Shown in pieces: positions 12,760 to 22,713 of a stretch of DNA of 64,000 nt (within the stretch, counting starts at the first letter, position 1; each line of letters starts with the position of its first letter). The translations under genes and the position numbers were made by a program. Origin of the DNA: Phyllobates terribilis (lineage: Eukaryota); contig NW_027362831.1 of NCBI RefSeq assembly GCF_046119375.1, forward strand, positions 6,324,001 through 6,388,000, in the 5' to 3' direction. The notes under the pieces are model-generated. The model was not told the DNA's origin. It ran no database searches and worked only from the letters and a program-made list of their open reading frames with translations.

Positions 12760-13852
12760 TGTAGCGCCGGCGTCCCTGCCCTCTGCTAGGCAGGGACGCT
12801 GTTCCCCTCACCTCTCTGCTCCGTGCCCGGCGTCCTCCTCCCGCTCTGCTGGCAGCGCGCGCTCCTTCCCGGCCACTGTGCTTAGGGCGCGCGCGCGCGC
12901 GCTCTCCCTCCCTCTTAAAGGGGCCGCGCGCGCCGTCCTAAGGAGTCCCCGGCCAATGGCCGGAGGACTTCACCATATATAAGGCACCTCCTCCAAAATG
13001 GAGGTGCCCGAGCAATGTTGTTGCACTGTTCACTACTCTGCTTCAGCCCTCAGGTCCCGTTGCCAGTTACCTGCCAGATACCTGCCAGATTCCTGCCAGC
13101 TTGCTGTCTTATTCCTGCCTGATATTCTGCTACCTGCCTGCTAGCCTGAAGTCCGACGGTCTGCCTTACTACTCCTGTCAGTCTGTCTAAGGACCAGCTT
13201 GCCCGCTCACCTGGGAGCGCACATCAACTACCTGCCTGCTTGCCTGAGGTCCGACGGTCTGCCTTCCAACTCTTGTCAGTCTGTCTATGGACCAGCTTGC
13301 CCGCTCACCTGGGAGCGCTCATCTGCTGCCTGTCTGCTAGCCTACCTGGAGGCTCTGCCGTCACGTGCTGTGACCACCCGCCTGTCCAGTGACTTCTTCC
13401 CGCTCACCTGGGAGCGCTCATCTGCCGCCTGTCTGTTGGTCTTCCTGGAGGCTCCGCCGTCACATGCTGTGACCACCCGTTTATCCAGGGACTCTCGCCT
13501 GCTCACCTGGGAGCTCACTTCTACCATCAGCCGCCACAGGTCGTACCAACCCTTTACCCAGAGACTGCCCCGGTCACTTGCCGTGACCATCTGCCCGTTC
13601 ACCCAGAGACTGCCCCGGTCACTTGCCGTGACCATCTGCCCGTTCACCCAGAGACTGCCCCGGTCACTTGCCGTGACCATCTGCCCGTTCATCCAGAGAC
13701 TGCCCCGGTCACTTGCCGTGACCTCCTGCCCGTTCTTCTAGAGACTGTCCCGGTCACCTGCTGTGACTGCCTGCCTGGTCGCCACCCGCTCCCTTACAAG
13801 GACCGCCCCCTTGTATAGTAGCTCAGAGGTTCCGCCTCCCAGACCCGTTACA
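12760..13852 (+). mobile_element. Solo LTR (1093 bp)
   Basis: TGTAG...TTACA ends, perfect 5-bp TSD ATAGG (12755-12759 and 13853-13857), GC-rich front half and TATATAA at 12976. Confidence 0.85.
13556..13770. repeat. 45-bp tandem repeat (4 units plus a partial) inside the solo LTR
   Basis: Unit acccagagactgccccggtcacttgccgtgaccatctgcccgttc; each unit contains a GGTCAC-N5-GTGACC palindrome. Confidence 0.9.
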
Positions 13853-14294
13853 ATAGGAACTTGTGACAATCAGAGTGACCATATCTTTACTATCCTCAGA
13901 AAACACTAGGATGTACTTGTGGCCGACCTGGACCTGAGGGTGCTGTGTGATCTACTCCCACAATAACTTTCAGAAAGGGTTGGTCAATTAGAGACCGTTT
14001 AGTGCATAGTTTCTAAAAAAAAACTGCACCCAAGTGGACATGGCTAGATAGAAGAATCTGTGGTTTATTTAGATGTGTAGAAAGTTGTACATGTAATTGG
14101 ATGAGACCATGTAAATCTTTCTTGAGTTCTTCTACAGGTGAAACCTTTTTCCAGAGGGATTATTCCAACTGTAAAACCTCAGGACTTGTATATGTGGCCA
14201 CATGCACCTACCTCCTAGATTATGTATGCACGACCAAGAGGCAGTCTAAGAGGAGTGTGTAGGGGGCATTTGGGTGAAATACGCCATGGTTGGG

Positions 14295-14871
14295 TGTCAC
14301 AGGTGTGTCAGAGGTGACAGACTGTCGCCCTGCAGGGGTTTGCAGGAGATCTCCACCTTTGGCAATGCAGACAGCTGCCTAGATGGGAGGCTTTGTTTAG
14401 GACCCAGATTCTACCTCCATTTAGTCTGGGTGTATATATACCTGGTGTGTCTATGTTGGCGTCGCTGGGTATACTCATTTCTACTTGGAACTTGGCTGAA
14501 GCAGCATCACGTCCTCTTTGGAGTCTTGAGGCCGTGTGCCCTGTTTGGAGTTTCTTCTAAAGCAAAGTTGTAATTCCCCTGTGTTGTCTTCCCCTTTTGT
14601 CTTTAGAGTGCTAGCGGGGGTTGACTAGTGCTCATCTCCTTCCACCCCCAGCTATAGCCTTATGCCAGGGATAGTTGGGCGAGGCATGTGATGGGTGACA
14701 GTTGCGGAGGCTGTATAGGGATGTTAGGGGGAGACAGGGTGATGCTAGTCCAGATTAGGAGGTCACCTCTTCCCCCTTTTCCCTAGTATCTGGGCTCCCT
14801 TTCCCTTTCTCCTCTGTGTTGCACTCACACCTAGCGTGACTCACTGTGTTGCCCTCACACCTGGCGTGACA
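14295..14871. mobile_element. Solo LTR (577 bp) inserted in the Penelope GIY-YIG region
   Basis: TGTCAC...GTGACA ends and a 5-bp TSD TTGGG/TCGGG (one CpG-type mismatch). The Penelope reading frame resumes after it (TPLVRHMNSAH). Confidence 0.8.
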
Positions 14872-16499
14872 TCGGGACACCCCATTAGTGAGACACATGA
14901 ACAGTGCACATTGAGGTGAAACAAGAGACATTTCCTTTTGCATCATTGAGGTGGTTAAACCCAATGTGAGAGGTGGTGATCTCAATAGATGTATCCTCAA
15001 AAAGGAAAGTGAGTGGATTTCCAGACTGGATTCACTAGGCCCTAAGGGACTGAATGAGCAAATTTCCTATGCCTGTTTTGTATGAATACAGACCCATTCT
15101 GGATTACATTTTAGGATTTTATACTCTACCCATTGCTACTCAGTTCCCTGTGAACGAGGTTCACATATTGTTTTACTTCATCAAGAGATCTGAGCTTCTA
15201 TATCAGAATTATTTCTTAACAGTTATATCACAAATTCTACTATTTAGTAACTAACAAGTGTGGTGTTCCATGTGTATCTCTAATTATGCAATAGGGGTCA
15301 AATATGACCATTTAGGAGTATACTGTGGGCCACCATCCCATATATTTTGTAGTGATAAAGTAGATCCACATGCCGATTGCATGATGGGAGGATGTGCAAT
15401 ACTTGTTTTTAGTCTCCCGTGATACTGATCTCAGAGAGAGGATTTATCTATTGGTGGAATGCAATCCAATACCATATGCGCTCCGGTGTGGAACACAGAC
15501 ATCTGGACATGCACATTTGTGGACAATGATCCTAGATGGAATGATAACTGCGGGCACGCGCAGCCACAGGTACGAGTGGCGCGGCGGCAATCAGTTTATC
15601 TGGTGTTTCAGCATAAAGCACATCACTTCCCGACATGCACACTAGGTGATGGACATTATCGAACCTATAGCTCATGAGAAGTAGTGTAGGCGCAGTATAT
15701 TATTGTAGACAGACTCTATTCTGTATATCCTGTGACAATTCACCTCTAGGAATGGGAATGAGCCTCCTAGTCTGGGAGGGGTTTTGCATGAAGTGGGATA
15801 TTTAAACATGGACACCTGGCTGTTAGGCACACTATGCTGAACATCATGAATTATCATCCCTCTATCAAACCTCCTAATGAACCTGTTGGGAAAATGCATT
15901 GAGGCGGATTATTGCAACATTCTGTGAGTGCCATACCCTTTCCTTTATACATATTGTAGGGGTTTTACTCACTGGGGCACAATGGGAGGAAAACAGGAGG
16001 CATGTTCCATTAAAATTTCATGTGGGTTTATTACTTCATAAACCCAGAAGCCAAACAGAAAACCAAATAGCCTTTAGATCAGGCAAACAAAGTAAATGTC
16101 CTTAGCAGGTCTCTGCTCAGCCAGGCCTGTGTGGCACACAAGCTGGGGTAGCGTCCAGTGTCCTGGTTTGGTCTGAAGACAAACATACACAGGAGGCCTT
16201 CTACCTCCAAACACACAGACCATGTGCCAAACAACAGCCTCCATTTTATAGGCTGTTAACCACACCCAGAGGTGAGGTGTGTGGAGAGCTGGACCTGCCC
16301 ATTCTCTCCTAGCTACCCGTAACCCGGCTCCCAGGTGCACCAAACGATCCTCTTAGTGCTTATGTGCCCTAGAGAAACACTCAGGGTTACATCACAGAGA
16401 CCAGCCATCTGTGACACATACCTCCCATCGACTACGAGACCATTAGCCACCTTACATACCCCCCCCTCCACCTAAAGCCGTGGGCTTGACACCTTTTAC

Positions 16500-18900
16500 T
16501 ACCAGACAGGGGATTCTCGAGAGATCATCGGCATTACCATGTAGCCTCTCTGCTCTATGTTCTACAGGGAAGTAGGAGTCCTGTAGGGCTAAAAACCCGA
16601 GGGTGACTCTGGCATTTTTTCACTTTTTTCCCTCATCCATCTGAGTGGAGCATAGTCGGATAATAATCTAAATTTTCGACCTAACAGTACGATAAGGTGT
16701 CCACCGCACACTTTATAGCCGAGCGTTCCTTCTCTATGACCGAATAATTTTTCTCGCAGGAGGACAGCTTTCTACTCAGGTAGAGGACAGGGTGCTCCTC
16801 CCCGTGTATCTCCTGGGAAAGGACTGCTGCTAACCCGACATCTGAGACATCTGTCTGCAGTATAAACTCTTTCTTGAAGTCCGGGGGAACCAGGACCAGT
16901 TGCCTACACAGTTTAATCTTTTGAAAGGACGTCTCCGCCTCTGCAGTCCACTTGGCCTTGGCTGATTTTGTCCCATTAAGGAGGTCAGTCAGGGGTGCGT
17001 CCAACATGGCGAAGTTTGAGATGAATTTCCTGTAGTATCCCACGATTCCCAGGAAAGCTCTGACTTGCTTTTTTGACACCAGTCTCAGCCAATTTTGGAT
17101 TGCTTCTACTTTAGTATTTTGGGGTTTTATCTCGCCTCTACCCACTACATATCCGAAGTACTTGGCTTCTTATTTCCCCATGCCACATTTCTTCGAGTTT
17201 ATTGAAAACCCCACCTTCCTCAGAGCATCAAACACAGCCTGAATCTTTTCCAGATGACTCTCCCAGTCTGGACTGAAGATAATAACATTGTCCAGGTATG
17301 TTGCGGCATATTTCTTATGGGATGCAAAGATGCAATCCATAGCTCTCTGGAATTTTGCAGGGGCCCCCTGCAGTCCAAGCGGCATCCGGGCATACTGGAA
17401 GCATCCGTCTAGCGTAGAAAACACAGTCCTCTCTTTGGCTACCTGTGCCATGAGGATCTTCCAATATCCCTTCGTCAGATCCAAGGTGGTTATGTGCCCT
17501 GCTTCCCCAAGCCTCTTGATCAGCTCAACCACGCATGGCATGGGATATGCATCAAATTTGGAGACCTCATTCAACTTCCAATAGTCGTTGCAGAATCTCC
17601 ACTCACCATTGGGATTTGGGACCAAGACGATCAAGCTCGACCAACTGCTCTTGGATTCTTCAATGACACTGAGCTTCAGCATACAAGCTACCTCTTTTGG
17701 ATATCAACTCTTGTCGGGCCTCAGGTATCAGATAGGGCTTCAAGTTCACCCGCACATGTGGCTCCGTCAGAACCTTGTGTTCTATGACCCTTGTGCAGCC
17801 CGACAATTCCGAGAAGAGATCCCTGTTCTTCTGCATCAACTCCCGACACTGCTGTTTCTTGGCCTTCGTTAGCGTTTCCGCTACTGCGACTCCTCCAACG
17901 TCACCTTCTAGCTTGCACAGCAAGCATGGAGCTTCCACAGCCTCTCTGTCTTGCCACGGCTTAATGAGGTTGATGTGGTATATCTGGTACGGCATACGTC
18001 GTCCCGGTTGATGAACCTTGTAGTTCACTTCACCCACTTTTTCCACCATCTTATACGGCCCTTGCCACTTGGCCAAGAACTTACTTTCCACCGTAGGAAT
18101 TAGCATGAGGACTCCAGTCTCCCGGATTGAATTCCCTCACTCTGGCTGACCGGTTGTAGACTCTGGCATGAGCTTCTTGTGCCTGGAGGAGATGTTCTTT
18201 TACGATGGGCATCACCTTCACAATCCTCTCCTGCATCAGAGCAACGTGCTCGATGACACTCCTGTGGGGCGTGAATTCGGCTTCCCAGATTTCCTTTGTG
18301 ACATCCAGAAGACCCCGCGAATGTCGGCCATACAGAAGTTCGAATGGCGAGAACCCTGTAGAGGCCTGTGAAACCTTTCGGTTGGAGAACAACAGATATG
18401 GTAGGAGACAGTCCCAGTCTCTACTGTCCCTTTTTATGTCCTTCCTCAGTATACTCTTCAGAGTCTTGTTAAACCTTTCGACTAGGCTATCTGTCTGAGG
18501 ATGGTATACTGAAGTCCTCAGTTGGGAGATTTGGAGGGTTTTGCATAACTCCCTCATCACCTTACTCATATAGGGAGTTCCCTGGTCGGTGAGTATCTCC
18601 CTTTGGTAAGCCTGTTGGGGAAAAAACTTGGACCAACTCACGGGATATATTCTTTGCGGAGGAGTTACTCAGTGGAATCACTTCAGGATAGCGTTTGGCA
18701 TAGTCCAGGATAACCAATATAAATTGATGCCCACGAGCAGATTCAACCTGGGGACTGACCAAGTCCATAGCAATTCTCTCGAACGGCACTTCAACAATGG
18801 GCAATGGCACGAGGGGACTTCAAAAGTGAGAGGTGGGGGCGGTTAACTGGCACGTAGTGCAAGACCTGCAATATTTAAATATTTCCCGGTGACATCCGGG
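16500..18900 (-). pseudogene. Gypsy element 2 integrase core, RT and RNase H
   Basis: IAMDLVSP, ILTDQGTPYMS, VERFNKTLK, KWQGPY, then WSSLIVLV, GAPAKFQR, QTDVSDVGL. Multiple frameshifts. Confidence 0.9.
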
Positions 18901-18915
18901 CCAATAGAACCTTTG

Positions 18916-20962
18916 AAAAAGTTAATGCCTTACCAACACCAGATGCAGCAAGCCTCCATGATAAAGGCGGGGCCAGCACATGTGCAAAATACTGATGCAG
19001 ACAGCCACTCACTAAAATACCAATTCATGGAGAGGGTGGCTGTCTAGTATTCTACATGCCCACCGATGGAGTCTGCATAGGGCTCCAGTCACACAGATAT
19101 GTGCGATGCACAGTTTCTGGCTTGCAGCTTGTTGATGACACCCATACTATTAGATCAGGCGGGCTGCCCAGCACTATATACGTGCACCCCCACAAGACAG
19201 ACGCCCCAATTCACCCAGCCAACATTAAAGAGGCCTGGCCGCATCCTGCAAAAAGAATGTGCAAAAAATATGAAAAATAGTGTAGAAGATAAATACACCA
19301 CGTGAGGTATTGGTCGATATTTTGGCCAAAATACACAAGCTCGCAACCCAAACGTCAAGGGTCCTCATACTTGCGAGTCCTAACACTAAACATTAAAAAT
19401 GGTGAACATTGGACATAATTTCAAAAAACATCACAGTAAGGCTGTGTGCCCACTATGCATTTTTTAAGCGTTTCCGCAGCGGCAATTCCGCTGCAGAAAC
19501 GCTTAAAAACGCTTGGTAGAAGGTCTGCCATGTTCCCCAATGATAATCCCATGTGCTGTGCACATGCTGCGGAAATTTCCGCCGCGGATTATCATTGCGG
19601 AAAAATCCGCAGCACTACCAATTATTTTGCGGAAGCGCGGCTTTTTCACCGCCATTGACTTGCATTGGAACGCATGGAATCCGCATCATTGCATCTGCAG
19701 ATTCGGAATCCATGCGTTTCAATGTGCGGATGGTACCTGGGTTTGGAGAACAGGAGACTCTCCTCCTGACCTGGGTACCATAGAACCTGTAAAAAAAAAG
19801 AATAAAATAAAAAATATACATTATACTTACCTTCTGATGGCCCCCGGTGTCCTTAGCGATGCGTCTCGGCTTGCTGGCAGCTCGCGATGGTCTGAAAAGG
19901 ACCTGCCATGACGTCAATTAGTCATGTGATGGGTCACGCGACCGCTGACGTTGGCAAGTCCTTTAGTCTACTGCGAGCTGCCCACAAGCCAGGACGCATC
20001 GGATAAAGACACCGGGGGCCATCAGAAGGTAAGTATATATTTATTTTTTATTTTTTACCATTCTTTCAGTCACCCTATATAAATCCATGCTGGTTGCATG
20101 GATTTATATAGTGTTACCAAGTTGTCAAGCACTTTCGAAGTGATGCTAAAATCGCTTGGAAAGCGCTTGACAACCCACATGCGGAAATGCATGTGAAGAA
20201 CGCTTAACTTCCGTACAATCCGCATGCATTTTTTCTGCCAGGGAGATGCAGAAACGCTCAAGAAAAAATCCAGAGCATTTCTGCATCGTGGGCACATAGC
20301 CTAAAAGATAATGCCTTACCAACACCAGGTCAGATTACCAATGCACTGCAGGATGCAGCAAGCCTCAATGATAAAGGCGGGGCCAGCACATGTGCAAAAT
20401 ACTGATGCAGACAGCCACTCACTAACCTACCATTTCATGGAGGGAGTGGCTGTGTAGTATTATACATGCACACCGATGGAGTCTGCATAGGGCGCCAGTC
20501 ACACAGATATGTGTGATGCACATTGTCTGGCTTGCAGCCTATTGATGACACCCATACTATTAGATCAGACGGGCTGCTAAGCACTATATACATGCAAGCC
20601 CACAAGACATATGCCCCAATTCACCCAGCCAACACTAAAGAGGCCTGGTGGGGTATTTATCTTATACACTATTTTTCATCTTTTTTGCACATTTTTTTGC
20701 ACTGTGCATCACACATATCTGTGTGACTGGCGCCCGCCCTATGCAGACTCCATCGGTGTGCATGTATAATACTACACAGCCACCCCCTCCATGAATTTGG
20801 TACGTTAGTGAGTGGCTGTCTGCTTCAGTATTTTGCACATGTGCTGGCCCTGCCTTTATCATGCAGGCTTGCTGCATCCTGCAGTGCATTGGCAATCTGA
20901 CCTGGTGTTGGTAAGGTATTATCTTTTATTGTGATGTTTTTTGAAATTATGTCCAATGTTCA
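18916..20962. mobile_element. Unclassified non-coding insertion: tandem ~520-545-bp units plus an inverted partial copy, with a 15-bp TSD
   Basis: CCAATAGAACCTTTG occurs at 18901-18915 and 20963-20977. Removing the insert and one copy restores integrase QRFYW-PGCHR. gccttaccaacacc occurs at 18927 and 20313 (+) and near 20905 (-). Confidence 0.8.
19440..20301. mobile_element. PIF/Harbinger-type MITE (862 bp)
   Basis: TIRs GGCTGTGTGCCCAC / GTGGGCACATAGCC and a TAA TSD (19437-19439, 20302-20304). Internal inverted blocks at about 19820-19860 and 19995-20040. Confidence 0.85.
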
Positions 20963-22713
20963 CCAATAGAACCTTTGCACGATCCTTTCCTGCGTTTTTC
21001 CACTCCCAGATGTCCCCCCCAAGACATGTGAATGGGCCATGTCCAACACCTTCCATCTAAAGGGGTCCAGCACTATTAACTGCTCCACACTCTCCTCCCT
21101 CACTTTCTTGACCCGGTACAACAACTCCTTACTCATCATAAAATGGGGAAACCTTGTGTCAGCCCCCGACTCCTGTGCAACCCCATTTATAATAGTGACA
21201 TTATTAAAGACTTCCTTCAGAGTTAGGTCCCTATGTTGGGCAGACCCAAAATTCTCACTGGTCATCCCTAACTCTGGAATGGCAGACTCAGTGGGCACTA
21301 CCTCCTCATCCCCCACAAGGACACAAAAAGGAAACCTGTCTGACTCTGGGTGTGGTGATACCTCATTAGGGTTAACTTTTTTCTTATCAGAGCCAGCGAA
21401 CCCAGAACCCTTCCCCTAAAGATCCCAAAACAAGCAAAAGTCCCAGCCTATAATAATAGGGTGCAACAAGTCCTGAATGATGCCGACCTCGTGGGACTCT
21501 GTACCGTGGGCCATTTCAATGTCCACTCTGGCCTGTAGTGTAGTCTTTAGCATCACCATGAATGCACTGAATGCCGACATTTTTCCCCGGGATAATTTGG
21601 AGAAGAAGGGTGGCCCTCATAAGAGTCACCAGGCTCCCGGAATCTAGCAGTGCCGGTATTTCCCATCTATTCACCTTCACGTGACATGCTTGTGACCCCT
21701 CGCTGGGTGGACAGTTCACACTGCAGGCCGGATAAGCATAATATGAACATAATATGTTGTCCTATGCTGCAGTCCATTGACTCAAGGGTCAGGGGACAAC
21801 GGGCGTCTATATGGCCTGGGCCGTGGCACCTCCAGCAAACAACATCATCTGTATGGAACTTGGGCACCACCTCCCTCGTCCATTTGGACCTTGGAAGTCC
21901 TACCACCTTTTGGGCCTCCACCCCCTGTTGGGAACTCCAGCATGTAGTGGGCTGCCTTCCCAAGGAACTTCAACCCCCTGGTATCTCTCGATCAGTCCGA
22001 CCAGTTCATCAGCATACCGGGGATCACCCTGGGCAACCCAAAGCTGTATGGGCCTCAGCAGGGAGTGCACAAACCGGTCCATCACCACCCACTCTACCAT
22101 CTGCGCAGGCATTGAGGACTCTGGCTGCAGCAGGTGCAGGTGCAGCAAGTCAAACATTTGGGACGGAGGTGGTTTGTTCTGGTGATACGAACCTACTGTG
22201 CCCTGATAAGCATTGTCAACCTCAAGGGTGCAAGAATCTCACTTTTTAGCTTGCCATACTCTTTGGCATCCTGCAAAGCTAAATTCTGGGGCTCTCCCAA
22301 GTCCAGTATGGCGACAGTACCTCTGCCCACTGTTCTTGTGGAGATTTCTCCCTCTCGGCCACCCTTTGAAACACCATCAGGAAGGTCTCCATGTCATCCC
22401 CTGGGGTCATTTTCTGAAAAGCCCGTCATACCGCCTTCCGGACATGGGAGTAATCAGTCGGACCTGGGGTTGGAGTGCTCGTCCTGCCCTGGATGTCGGT
22501 TGCTAGAAGCTGCATCTGCTGACGTTGTTCCTGCTAGTGCTGCTGGATCTGCTGTAACTACAGGCTGTTGGTCTCCTGTTGATGCTGCTGCGACTGGACT
22601 AGGTGTTTCAGCAGGTTTTCCATTTCGTCTGGCGATGCTTGCTGGCTTGCAACAGACTTCCCCCAGGGCATGCAGTCCATCCTGTAGCACTCACACGTCT
22701 CTGCTGGGAACGC
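20963..22713 (-). pseudogene. Gypsy element 2 gag (SCAN-like), protease and integrase N-terminus
   Basis: MVEWVVMDRFVHSLLRPIQLWV, CCHC knuckle, EIPALLDSGSLVTL, and AHSHVLGG...ERIVQRFYW. Confidence 0.85.

Larger units (their letters stand above)
11491..15900 (+). mobile_element. Penelope-like retroelement (RT + GIY-YIG), 5'-truncated and interrupted by three insertions
   Basis: LLDIEALYSNI, THNFFLFD...QLRGTAMGSPCTPSFANLFL, YIDN; GIY-YIG region NCKTSGLVYVATC; C-terminus RGGDLNRCILKKESEWISRLDSLGPKGLNE near 14970-15058. The 3' limit is approximate. Confidence 0.88.

Noticed and set aside
13556-13770. CRISPR-like array of palindromic repeats, or estrogen-response elements
   Set aside because: The units are contiguous with no unique spacers, there are no cas genes and the context is eukaryotic. 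The GGTCA-N7-TGACC spacing does not fit the N3 ERE consensus.
19823-19831. ATACTTACC as the 5' end of a U1 snRNA
   Set aside because: No downstream U1 sequence follows; it is the reverse complement of a splice-donor motif inside a MITE.
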